NCBI GenBank assembly: GCA_013416795.1 | Contig: RQSC01000013.1 | Location: forward strand, 37,050 to 89,111 | From: Prasinococcaceae sp. CCMP 1430 | Taxonomy: Eukaryota; Plantae; Prasinodermophyta | Direction: 5' to 3' | DNA: 52,062 nt | Part shown: positions 11,797 through 23,896 of the stretch, piece after piece | How the letters are laid out: every line of letters starts with the position of its first letter | Position numbering within the stretch: position 1 is the first letter of the stretch | Position numbers and translations under genes: made by a program | Notes under the pieces: generated by a model | The model's input: the letters and a program-made list of their open reading frames with translations, nothing else | The model's database searches: none | What the model was told of the DNA's origin: nothing

Positions 11797-12886
11797 ACTC
11801 GCAATATTGTTCAGGATTCCACCATGCGGGTTCCACCGGCCGGCGGCAGGCGGGGCGCGCGCGGCAGGCGTTTTCCCATTCGTTTTGCCGCCTGTCCTCT
11901 TTTCGCGCCGCACGAGTCTTCGCGCGTTTCCCAATCATTTTCTCGGTGAAACGTTCGTCGTCGTGGGTCGGTCAGTGCGTTGGCCGCGCTGCCCCGCCCG
12001 GCCGCCCTGCCTGCCTGTGGCTGGATCGCAAATTGCGCAACCGACCCAGATGACGATGCCGCGCGCGGCGCCGGCGTGCTTGCGTGCGTTTGCTCCATTC
12101 ACGACCATCACCGGGAGTGCGCGTCTCGGCAGCGCGCGCGTGGTGTGCGCTTGGAGAGGGTATCGTCGTCCCGGCCTGCGCGCGCCCGCACTTTTGTGGA
12201 GTGCCCGACCGACGAGATCGCGCGGGCGCGCGCGCGGACGACGCTCCCACCCACTCCCGCTCCGCCCGCGCTCGGATGTGTGGCCGCGCCTCGGTCGGTT
12301 GGTCGGTTGCGGGCAAAGGGGCTCGCGAGCCAGGTTCGGATGGGGCCTCGGTCGGGTGCGAGTTTGCCGAGCCGCGCGGGTGGGTGTGTGCCGCCCCCCC
12401 CCTCCCCCCGTGGCTTCCGGCCGGAGCCGAAGATGGATAAGAGGGGGCGGTGTGCGGGGCGCGCGCTGCGGCCGAGGGGCCACACGCCGCGGCGGGGGCG
12501 CGCGTGGCGNNNNNNNNNNNNNNNNNNNNNNNNNNNNNNNNNNNNNNNNNNNNNNNNNNNNNNNNNNNNNNNNNNNNNNNNNNNNNNNNNNNNNNNNNNN
12601 NNNNNNNNNNNNNNNNNNNNNNNNNNNNNNNNNNNNNNNNNNNNNNNNNNNNNNNNNNNNNNNNNNNNNNNNNNNNNNNNNNNNNNNNNNNNNNNNNNNN
12701 NNNNNNNNNNNNNNNNNNNNNNNNNNNNNNNNNNNNNNNNNNNNNNNNNNNNNNNNNNNNNNNNNNNNNNNNNNNNNNNNNNNNNNNNNNNNNNNNNNNN
12801 NNNNNNNNNNNNNNNNNNNNNNNNNNNNNNNNNNNNNNNNNNNNNNNNNNNNNNNNNNNNNNNNNNNNNNNNNNNNNNNNNNNNNN

Positions 12887-14393
12887 CGGCGCGGCGGAGG
12901 GCGTCGCGGCGCTGGCGGGCGCGCTGCCGCAAGTGAACGCCGAAGCGCTGAACGCGGCGCTGGCCGACTTCCCCGACGTCGCGTCGGGCGCGCTCGGGGA
13001 GATCAACGCCCAGCTGGCGGCCGGCGACTCCACGCTGCTGTACGGCACCGCCGCGCTCGCCGCCGCCACGCTCGGCGGCGGCGCGCTCACGTACTACCGG
13101 CTCGTGTTCGGCGGCTACGCGGGCGACGTGACGCCCGACCAGCTCGCCGAGGCGCTCGAGGAGGACCCGTCGAAGTGGATCATCGTCGACGTGCGCTCGC
13201 TCCAGGAGCGCGAGCAGCAGGGCGTGCCGGACCTCTTCTTCGGAGCGCGCAAGCGCTACGTGAGCATCACGCGAGAGCGCGTGCCCCAGGAGCAGCGCGG
13301 CCAGATCAGGGGCGCGGCCGAGGTCGAGGACGAGCTGCTCGCGCGCAAGGTCGCGGGGCTCAAGGGGCGCTCGCCGGGCGTCAGGGTGGTCGTCTTGGAC
13401 GCGGCGGGGCGCACGTCGAAGGCCATCGCCCGCCAGGCCACCGCCTTGGGCGCACGCGGCACGTGCCAGCTGGTGGGCGGCTTCAAGGCATGGGAGAGCT
13501 CCGGCCAGCGCGTGCGCTCGGCCACGGAGGTGACGCAGGGAGTGCTCGCGCTCACCCAGGATGCGGGTGAGATTGTGAACGCTGGCACCACCAAGGTGAA
13601 GGCGCTCGTGGGCACGACCAAGATGAAGGCCACGGAGACCAAGGACAGGACCGCGACGTGGCTGCAGGACCCGACGAACGCGGCCATCGCGGTGGCCGGC
13701 CTTGTCGGCACCGGCTTCGCCGCGGCCAACATCGAGGACTTCCTTGAGCTCATTGGCACGTTCGCGGTGGTGTCGTACCTGCTCAAGTCAACAGCGGCCG
13801 TCCTGTCGGATTCTGAGCGAGAGTCGAAGGAGCAGCGCGACGTGCGCGCGACGGCCGCCGCCGCAGGCGCGCGCAACAAGAAGCCGAAGATGCCCAAATT
13901 CGCCACCGGTGCTGCGATGGACGGCGCGCTCTTCGATGAGGCGCCGGGGGCTGCCGCTCCGTCCGGCGCGCTCTTCGATGAGGCGCCGGGCGCTGCCGCT
14001 CCGTCCGGCGCGCTCTTCGATGAGGCGCCGGGGGCTGCCGCTCCGTTGGGAGATGTCATCGTGCTGCCGCCGCCGCCGTCGGAGCCCGAGGTGAGCGCCG
14101 AGGCTGAGGCTGCACCGGAAGGGGAGGAGCAGGCCGAGGCCGAGGCCGAGGCCGAGGCCGAGGCCGAAAGCCAGAGCGAGGGCGCGTCGGCGGGGGAGGA
14201 CGGTGAAGCGACCGTCTCTGCAGCTGAGGCTGAGGACGAGGCGGACGCGGAGGGAGAGGCCGCTGTCGTCGAGGAGGCTGAAGAAGAGGCCGTGGCTGAT
14301 GAGGCGGTGACGGAGGAGGTGGTTGAGGTGGCGGCTGAGGCCAGCAGCGATTCGGACGCGCCGGTTCAGTCGGCCACGCAGTCGAGCGAGTGA
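12887..14393 (+). CDS. Chloroplast rhodanese-domain membrane protein (CAS-like/At3g59780-like) with acidic tail; 5' end in gap
   Basis: GGYAGDVTP..IIVDVR..GVPDL..VVVLDAAG..SKAIAR..GGFKAW, flanked by hydrophobic segments. Confidence 0.8.
13922..14046 (+). repeat. Coding 42-bp tandem repeat x3 (GALFDEAPGAAAPS)
   Basis: Near-identical units start at 13922, 13964 and 14006. Confidence 0.9.
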
Positions 14394-14681
14394 GCGGGTG
14401 ACAGAGGTTCGAACGAGACGCGCGCGTGCCACCGAGGCGAGGGACGAGCGCGCGGCGCGCTCCCGTGCGCCGCGCGCGCGGTACACGGAGCGCGCGCGCC
14501 GCCGCGCCGTATGCCGAGCCGGCGCGTACAATTTACGTCTACGGCGGGCGCAAGTAACTTCACACTTACGCACAAGTTGCGCCTCGGCACCTCGCGCACG
14601 CTCGCCCGGAAAGCCGGCGTGTTGACAAAAAGAGGAGCGCCCCCATCGATCAGATTACAAGCACGCGCGGCGCCCCCAACG

Positions 14682-15368
<687 letters not shown>

Positions 15369-15934
15369 TCAGCTGCGAGTTCACCCGGGGCGTAGATCCG
15401 CGACCGGAGGCGCGCGGGGCCCGTCCCTTGGCGCGCGCGCGCTCCAACAGCCCGCCCCCGGGCGCGAGCGAGCGAGGCGCCTGCCTGACGTCGCCGGCCA
15501 CGATTCGCGCCTCCCGGCGATTCGGAACGCGCGGTTTCGCGCCTCGCGCCCGGGCGCCGCCCCGCTAGTAAGGGTAGGGGAAGGAAATAGGGTTCTAATT
15601 TTTGATCATAATTGCATCGATTTGCGCGCGGCGCCGCCCGCGGCGCGCGGCGCCGGCCCGCTCTCTCCCGCTGGCGAACCCGCGCCTGCGCCGCATTTTC
15701 GCACGCGTTCCGTTCGTTTCGCTGCGGGCGCGTCGGTCGGTCGGAGGGAAGCGCGCGCGGGCAGGGGTCGGCCGGCCGCGACTCTGCCGGCTTCTTTCAG
15801 GCACATGATGGCGCCACCGACCAAGACTCGGTCGGTCGGTCGGTGGCCATGCCAACTATCTCTTCCATCATCGTGACCCAACAAAGCAGTAAATTAGTTC
15901 CAGAGTCCAGTCAAATCCGGATCGAGATGCGTGT

Positions 15935-15958
15935 ATCGATCGATCGATCGATCGATCG
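15935..15958. repeat. (ATCG)6 microsatellite upstream of CCT5
   Basis: Read directly from the sequence. Confidence 0.9.
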
Positions 15959-16214
15959 GCGCGACCGTCGTGGTTGCCCACTCCGGGTTGGTTGGCCCTT
16001 TGTTTGGTTTGTGCTGCGCGCGCCCCGCCCGCGGCGGGGAGAGGGAGGGGAAAGCGCGCCGCCGCCGCCGATGCGGCGATCGGCAAAGCGGCCAGGCGCG
16101 CGCGCAAGACAGAGAGACAGCGCTCCCGGGAAGGGGGCTCGGGGGGGCACACCGCGCGCGCGCAGCGCGGCCGAGGAGGGGCGGACGCCGCGGTTCCCAC
16201 CCCCGCGCGCGGCC

Positions 16215-18088
16215 ATGTCGCTCGCCTTCGACGAGTACGGCCGCCCCTTCATCATCGTGCGCGACCAGGGCGAGAAGACGCGCCTCAAGGGACTCGACGC
16301 GCAAAAGGCCAACATCCTGGCGGCCAAGACAGTCGCAAAGGTGCTGCGCACCAGCCTCGGGCCTAAGGGCATGGACAAGATGCTGCAGAGCCCCGACGGC
16401 GAGGTCACCATCAGTGAGTCGCGCCGCGGCCACCGCCGCCCGCCGCCGCGGGCCCGTGCGGCCTAAACGAGGTATGTACTGTAGTAACCCTGACCCTAAT
16501 TACAACCCGAATGGTTTTTTGGCCGCCGGCGCGCCCCTGGCCGATGCCGGCAGCATGTCACGCAATCGCGCGACCGCCAAGCTGACCAGTGCCTCGCTCG
16601 CCTCGACGCGCTCGTGCTCTCTCGACCAACCTGCCGCCGCGATCGCTGTCGCGCTCGCGATCGCTGCCGCGCCCCGCAGCCAACGACGGCGCGACCATCC
16701 TCGACCAGATGGAGGTCGAGCACGAGATTGGCAAGCTGCTGGTGGAGCTGTCGCAGTCGCAGGATTACGAGATCGGCGACGGCACCACCGGCGTAGTGGT
16801 GATGGCCGGCTCGCTGCTGGAGCAGGCCGAGCTGCTGCTCGACCGCGGCATCCACCCCATCCGCATCGCCGCCGGCTACGAGATGGCTTCCAAGGTGGCG
16901 AAGCAGCGCCTGCAGGACATCTCCAAGGACTTCGACTACTCCAAGAATGACTACGAGTCGCTGGTGAAGACCTGCATGACCACGCTGTCCTCCAAGATCG
17001 TCGGCCGCTGCAAGCGCAAGATGGCCGAGATGTGCGTCGAGGCCGTGCTGGCGGTCGCCGACCTCGAGCGCCGCGACGTCAACCTGGACCTGATCAAGGT
17101 GGAGGGCCGCGTGGGCGGCCACATCGAGGACACGCAGCTGGTGCACGGCATCGTGATCGACAAGGAGATCTCGCACACGCAGATGGACAAGAAGATCGAG
17201 GACGCCAAGATCGCCATCCTGACGTGCCCGTTCGAGCCGCCCAAGCCCAAGACCAAGCACAAGGTCGACATTGACACCGTGGAGAAGTTCGAGGCGCTGC
17301 GCAAGCAGGAGCAGGAGTACTTCACCGACATGGTGCAGAAGTGCAAGGACAGCGGCGCCAACCTTATCATCTGCCAGTGGGGATTCGACGACGAGGCCAA
17401 CCACCTCCTCATGCATCACAAGCTGCCGGCCGTGCGCTGGGTGGGCGGCGTCGAGCTCGAGCTCATCGCCATCGCCACCGGCGGGCGCATCGTGCCGCGC
17501 TTTCAGGAGCTCACTGCGGACAAGCTGGGCAAGGCGGGCATGGTGCGAGAGGTCATGTTCGGCACGACCAAGGACCGCATGCTGTACATTGAGGAGTGCT
17601 CGAACAGCAAGGCGGTCACGATCTTCGTGCGCGGTGGCAACAAGATGATCATCGAGGAGACAAAGCGCTCGCTGCACGACGCGCTGTGCGTGGCGCGCAA
17701 CCTGATTCGCAACAACCGCATCGTGTACGGCGGCGGCAGCGCGGAGATGGCGTGCTCGCTGGCGGTGGAGGAGGCGGCAAAGGACGTGCCGGGCGTGGAG
17801 CAGTACGCCATGCGCGCTTTCGCCGACGCGCTCGACGCGGTCCCGCTCGCGCTCGCGGAGAACAGCGGCATGCAGCCCATCTCGACGCTCACGCACGTGA
17901 AGACCAGGCAGGCGCAGGAGGGCAACCCGTACCTGGGCGTGGACGCCAACGACGAGGGCACCAACGACATGCAGGAGCAGAACGTCTTCGAGACGCTGGT
18001 GGGCAAGCAGCAGCAGATCCTGCTGGCGACGCAGGTGGTCAAGATGATCCTCAAGATCGACGACTGCATCACTGCGGGCGAGCAGTAG
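16215..18088 (+). CDS. CCT5: T-complex protein 1 subunit epsilon (exons 16215-16413 and 16680-18088)
   Basis: [56 protein letters not shown] and [11 protein letters not shown]; GT-AG intron at 16414-16679. Confidence 0.97.
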
Positions 18089-18350
18089 GTGCCCTCTCGC
18101 GCGCGCCGGGCGGCGGCGCGCGAGGGACATACCTGTAAAGAAAACGGCGGCTGGCGGGGCGGGGAGTGCGATAAATCTTCATTTCGGAAACACAGACACA
18201 GAGACGCGCGTGGCGGGCAGACTGTTGCGGCGACTCGGGCCCGCGCCATCGATCGATGCGTCTCCTGCCCCACGTCAGCGCGGTCAAAATTGGTTGCGTG
18301 TCTGTGACAATCAAAGAATGGGCGCTCGCCCGCGCGCGGCGCGGGGTCGC

Positions 18351-19223
18351 TCACGCAGTCGCCATGAGCTCGGCTTCCTTCGCCGCCGCCGCCTCGGTGA
18401 GACCCTTGTTGGCGGCGTCGACCATCTTTTGGAGCTCCTGCTCCACTCGCTTCTGTTCGTCCTTGCTGCCGCCCTTGAGCGCCTTCTTGGCGCGGTCCAT
18501 GGCCTTCTGCCGCAAGCGGCGCACGCGCTCCTTGGCGCCCTCGGCGGCCTGCTTGGCGAGCTTCGCCATCGACGAGCGCTGCTGCGGCGAGAGCTCGGGC
18601 ACGGGCACAACGATCTCCGCGCTAGCGCGCTGGCACGTCAGGCCCAGCGGCGAATCGAGAATGGCCGACTCGACCGCCGCGGAGACGGCCGCGTCGTACA
18701 CGGTCACCACGAGCGTTTGTGCGTCGCGCACGTTCACGGCGGCGACGTGCGAGAGCGGGCTGCGATCGCCTCCCTCGTACGCGGCGACGCGCACGTGATC
18801 GAGCATGCCAGGGTGCGCGCGCCCCGTGCGCAGCACGGCGAGCTCCTCTGCCAGCCTCTCAGCGGTGGCCTCCAGATCGGACCGCAGCGCCGCTGGGTCA
18901 AACTCGGCCTCGGCGGCAGCGCCATCGCCGCCATCGGCGCCAGGGGGCGCGTCAGCCGCCGCCGCGCCGCCGCCGTCCTTTCCTTCCTTGCCCTTCTTGC
19001 CCCGTTTGCTCCTCTTGGCGTACGCGCGTGCGCCAAGCGCCCAGCGCGCGGGTATGACCTCCGCGCGCGCCGCGCGCGCCGCGAGCACGGCGGCCGTCGT
19101 CGCGCGCGCCCTGGCGCGCCCCTGCCCCCGCCGCGCGCTGGCGGCCCTGCTGCGCCCGCTGCAGCGGATCGGAGCGCGGAGCGTGTGGGAGTCGGTGTGG
19201 AATTTGGGCCGGCGTGCAGCCAA
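18351..19223 (-). CDS. RRF: Ribosome recycling factor, probably mitochondrial; start codon not identified
   Basis: LAVLRTGRAHPGMLDHVRV, VPVPELSPQQR and RVRRLRQKAM, preceded by an Arg/Ala-rich leader and a KRSKRGKKGK segment. No in-frame ATG upstream of the domain. Confidence 0.85.
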   Translation of the reverse strand: MAARRPKFHTDSHTLRAPIRCSGRSRAASARRGQGRARARATTAAVLAARAARAEVIPARWALGARAYAKRSKRGKKGKEGKDGGGAAAADAPPGADGGDGAAAEAEFDPAALRSDLEATAERLAEELAVLRTGRAHPGMLDHVRVAAYEGGDRSPLSHVAAVNVRDAQTLVVTVYDAAVSAAVESAILDSPLGLTCQRASAEIVVPVPELSPQQRSSMAKLAKQAAEGAKERVRRLRQKAMDRAKKALKGGSKDEQKRVEQELQKMVDAANKGLTEAAAAKEAELMATA

Positions 19224-19438
19224 CCGACTCCTGCCACAACCTCAACTACAGGACTGCATGTTGGGGTTATCTTCGAAAAGGGTTCACATGCACGCGAGGC
19301 GACGTTGCTGGAGCGAGCGGCGAGCAGGGCATGGCAGGCGGGGGGGCGGGGCGAGGCAGAGTGCGCACGCGCGACCCGGGTGTCGCGTGGGCGTGAGAGG
19401 GGCGGCGAGGGCGAGGGGGTAGAAGAGCGAGGGTGCTC

Positions 19439-20238
19439 ATGGCGGGCGACGAGCGACGCGGCGCGGCGGGCGGCGCGCCGCAGCGGCCGGCGACGGTGTC
19501 GGCGGCGTTCGCGTTCGAGGACTGGCAGCTCGACTGCCTGCGCGCGCAGATCAAGGCGCACAAGCTGCTGAAGAAGGAGGAGAGGGAGCTCAACGAGGTG
19601 GGCGCCGCCAGCGACCTGGGTGGCGCCGCGCTCGGCGCGGCGGCGGCCGCCACGCTCGCCAGTGGCGGCGCGCCGCAGCGGCCGGCGGGCGAGGGCGAGG
19701 GCGAGCGGGCGGCGAACCGCATACGGGTCTCAAACAGCGCGCGCCCGCTCTTCTTCTACGTCAACCTCGCGCGGCGGTACCTCGCCGAGCACGATGAGGT
19801 CGTGGTGAGTGCGCTGGGCGTCGCGACGGCGACCGCGGTGACGGTGGTCGAGGTGCTCAAGAACAAGGTGCGTGCGCCGCGCTCGCCTGCGCGTGCGCGC
19901 GAGCCTCGAGGGCGCCCGGCGGCACGTCGCTGACTGGCATCGCCTCGGCCGGCATCGCCGCCTGCCACTCGCTCGATGGCGCCCAGGGTCTCGCCCGGAC
20001 GCTGCGCGTGGGAACGTCCTCCGTGCTCATGGCGCGCGACGTGGAGGGCGGTGCGGACGGTGAGGAGGAGCGCTACCGCAAGGCCAAGATCGAATTCGTC
20101 ATCGCCCGCACGGAGCGCTTCCACCAGATTGAGGAGGCCGAGCGTGAGGCGCGTCGAGACGGCAACCGAGACGAAAGCATGAAGGATGCTGAGGAAGGCG
20201 AGGAGGACGGCGAGGGCGACGCGATGATCAGGCTGTAG
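19439..20238 (+). CDS. Alba-domain nucleic acid-binding protein with N-terminal QLQ-like motif (exons 19439-19867 and 19987-20238)
   Basis: NRIRVSNSARPLFFYVNLARRYL..EVVVSALGVATATAVTVVEVLKNK/GLA..RKAKIEF matches plant small Alba proteins; GT-AG intron at 19868-19986. Confidence 0.88.
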
Positions 20239-20407
20239 CACAATAATAAGGGCGTAATACGGAGGCGATGCATGCGCGCGCGTGCGAGAGTGCGCGCAGC
20301 GCGCGCCAAGCAAAAGGGTGCACCGCAGTGTCTGCAACGGGGATTACGTGCGATTTCGCGCTGCGCGCTCGTGAGCTCCGCCTGGGTCCTCGCAGGCCTC
20401 GCGCTCA

Positions 20408-22457
20408 TCACGGCCCGCTGCGCGCCTCCCATGGCCCATCGAACGTGCGCCCGTGGCGGTCCTTGTGCGGCACTTGGTCGAACAGCATGTCGTACCAGAT
20501 GTGGCCCGGGTGGTCGAACACGCAGCACCAGATCGACCCGAAGTTCTTCGTACGATCCATGAAGGCCTGTGGCGGGTCCTCCATGCTCAGTGCGGTGAGG
20601 TTGCCCATGTCCAGCACCTTCACGTCACGCAGCGGCTCCAGGAGCTTGGCGAGCGCCTCCGGCGCGAGGCCGGCAGGCACGCGCACTGGCTCGATCGCGC
20701 TGGGCTTGCCCGCCGCCGCGCGCACGGCGTCGGCAGCGGCCCCTGAGTCCACGCTGCCACCTCCTGCGGGCGCCGCCACAAGCTGACGGCTGGCGAGCAC
20801 CTGGGAGGGCATGTGCTGGTGCTGTAGCATCGAGTACTCCCTCAAGCCCTTGGGGAAGCCGCCGTTGCCGTTGAGTGTGCCGAGCATGGCCGGCAGGTCG
20901 AGCACGTGATCGGCAGGACACAGGAACGGCAGCGTCCACGAGCCCGACCCAGGGATCTGGCCCGTGTGCGGCGCCCACCACCGATCGTAGCCACACAGCA
21001 GAGGCGGCAGCACGAGCGTGCGCCCGAGCGCACCCGCAAGCGCCGCCGCGCGCCGCAGGTCCGCCAGCTGTGCGTGCACCATCGCGAAGTGCGTGTCGGC
21101 CGCCTGCTTTTTGGCGGCAACCTTCTCGCGCGGCAGCATCTTGATGCCCTCGCCAGGGACGACGAAGGTGGGCTGGTACACCAACAGCCCCCCCGGCGGG
21201 TCGTAGTACTCGGGAGGGTCCAGCCAGAGGTTGGCTTCGCGCATGCGATGCCTCTTGCCCTCGGTGCCACTGAACTGGAAGGTGGCGTGCAGCACGTAGG
21301 GCTCCTGGCGCGAGCTCTCGTACTGTCGCTGCACGAAGAACGTGTGGCCGCTGCCGAAGGTGGCCACGTTGAGGATGCCGCACGTGCATTGCCCTTCGTA
21401 GCACGCGAATGTGCGATCGGGCGAGTCTGAGGGCCGATTGCCGCGGCGGAAGAGGTCGTTGAATGCGTTCTGGTCCCAAATCTTGTCGTCGCGCACGAGC
21501 ACTTCCATCCACTCTTTGGCGAGCTTCTTCGCGCCCTCGGTGGAGCGGAAGAGCATGATGCCGATGTTGGCGGCGCTCGAGGCGCCCGGCCACTTTTCGA
21601 GGCCATCGTCCTCGACGGTCGTCGCGAGGTGATCCGAGGAGGTGAGCACGTCTGCCTTGGGGTATCGCGCCATGTATGGCAGCGGGTCCTTCATCCACAC
21701 TGTGTCCACGTCCGACAGCAAAATGTCAAAGCCCTGCTCGACGAAGAGCCCGATGAGCTCGATCTTGGAGCGCCCCATCTTGTGAAAGGTGGGCGTGCCC
21801 CAGCCGAAGTCGCGGGTCGTCAAGCCGCTTGACATCTGGAAGCACGGGATCTCGCGCACCCACAGCTCGCGCAGGATGTCGTCGTCCATTGCGCCAACGA
21901 TGAAGTGCTCCGAGCCCGCGCGGCGCAGGTGGTACACCCAGTTGAGCACGAAGTCCAGGTAGTGAAAGTTGGCCCACGTGACCATGACTACATTGTTGGA
22001 GTCCGCGACGGCCTCAATCATGCGCTTGGAGAGGGCAAACTCGCTCGCGGGGGGCATGTCTGTCTTGTCCCGCGACGGCTTGAGCACGGCTTCGACGAGC
22101 GCCTGCGAGTCCGGTGCCAAGCGGATACCGAACTCCTTGTCGACGAACGACGGCCCGTCCCGCGCGCCGTCCGCTCCGTACGACACAAGGTGCGCCGCAC
22201 GCGCGGCCGCGAGCTCGTGGGGCATGTTCTCGTAGCTCGCCTCGATGTCGTCCCCGCCGAACGTAGAGGAGGCCTCGCCGAGCACGACGCGCCCGTGGCG
22301 CAGGTACGCGTCGACGCCGTCGACGAGGGTCTCGTGCGCGCCGACCTTCTCATGAACATCGAGGTGTTGCAGCACCACGCGCGCCGCCCCACGCGCCCGC
22401 GGCGCGAGCCGCGCCAGCGGCAGCCGCAGCAGCGGCGCCTGCATCCGCGCGGGCCAC
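20408..22457 (-). CDS. XEG113: GT77 arabinosyltransferase XEG113-like; 5' end in gap
   Basis: VTWANFHYLDFVLNW, DFGWGTPTFHKMGR, SDVDTVW (DxD), WDQNAFN, HATFQFSGTEGKRHRMRE and CPADHVLD. Confidence 0.9.
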
Positions 22458-22800
22458 NNNNNNNNNNNNNNNNNNNNNNNNNNNNNNNNNNNNNNNNNNN
22501 NNNNNNNNNNNNNNNNNNNNNNNNNNNNNNNNNNNNNNNNNNNNNNNNNNNNNNNNNNNNNNNNNNNNNNNNNNNNNNNNNNNNNNNNNNNNNNNNNNNN
22601 NNNNNNNNNNNNNNNNNNNNNNNNNNNNNNNNNNNNNNNNNNNNNNNNNNNNNNNNNNNNNNNNNNNNNNNNNNNNNNNNNNNNNNNNNNNNNNNNNNNN
22701 NNNNNNNNNNNNNNNNNNNNNNNNNNNNNNNNNNNNNNNNNNNNNNNNNNNNNNNNNNNNNNNNNNNNNNNNNNNNNNNNNNNNNNNNNNNNNNNNNNNN

Positions 22801-23778
22801 CGGCGGCCCGCGCCGGCCGCTGAGCGTGGCCGCCGCCGGCCGCGAGTGCGTGCTGCTCAAGGTGCCCGCGTTCGTTGCCGCCGCGTGGGGCAGCGACGCG
22901 GCGGCCGTGGACATGGCAGACGCGGGGTCTGGCCGCCTGGGGACGCTGCGCGTCGAGCGTGACCCCTCGGTGGATCCAGGCGCAGCTGACGCGTCGGAGG
23001 AGACCTTCGTGACGCTGGAGGGACCCACGGCCGCGCGCCTGCCCAAGGAGTACGTCGTCAACGCATCTGTGGGGTCGGCGCCCGCTGCAGCGTTTTCGTG
23101 TTCGGGGGACGGGCGGTTTGCGGTCGAGGGAAAGGTGCGGGCGCGCGCGGGCGCGCGCGGGCGCGCGAGTGCCGCGCGCGAGAGACACAAGGACTCGAGA
23201 TGTGGCGCAGACTGCCGTTCTGCCCGCATCGGCAGCGCACAAGCGCCCTCGCGGCGGGCTGACGCCGCCCCGCTCGGCGTGCGCGTATGTAGGTCACGCG
23301 GAAGGGCGACCTGCAGGCACTCGACCTAAAGAGCAAGGAGTACAAGGCGCTCATGCGGGAGCGGCTGCTGAGCACGCAACGCAAGAAGCATGTGGTTGAC
23401 CTGGACGGCAAAGCGAGACCCAAAGCGATCCTGCTGCCAAAGAAGCAGGTCCGCAACAAGAACCGCCACGACCGCAAGGCGATCGCCGGCGTGGGCGCGT
23501 GGGAAACGCGCACCCGCCAAGCCTACACCGAAGAGCAGCTGCGTGACCTCCTCTTCGCGTACTTCGAGAAGAAGGAGTGCTGGACCTTCAGGGAGATCTT
23601 CGCGGCGTTCGATCGCGAGCACGGCGACGCGCCGCACGCGTACGTGCGCGAAGTGCTCAACGACATCTGCGACCAGTTTCGCGACGGCGCCAAGGCCATG
23701 CAGTACTCGCTCAAGTCGGAGTACGCGGTCAACGTGCACGGGCCTGCAGAGACCGTCAAGGATGAGACCTTCTCGTAG
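22801..23778 (+). CDS. GTF2F2: Transcription factor IIF beta subunit (RAP30); 5' end in gap (exons <22801-23134 and 23293-23778)
   Basis: CVLLKVPAFVAAAW N-terminal motif and a C-terminal winged helix LFAYFEKKECWTFREI..YVREVLNDIC..YSLKSEY. Confidence 0.8.
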
Positions 23779-23896
23779 GGGAACGCACGGAGGCAACTGA
23801 TACCATAATAAGCTACAAACGCCTAGGCACTAGCTAGTCTACTGCGTCACGCGCGCTGGCCAAGCCTCGCGGGGGCGCCCGCCTCCTCAAACGCTC

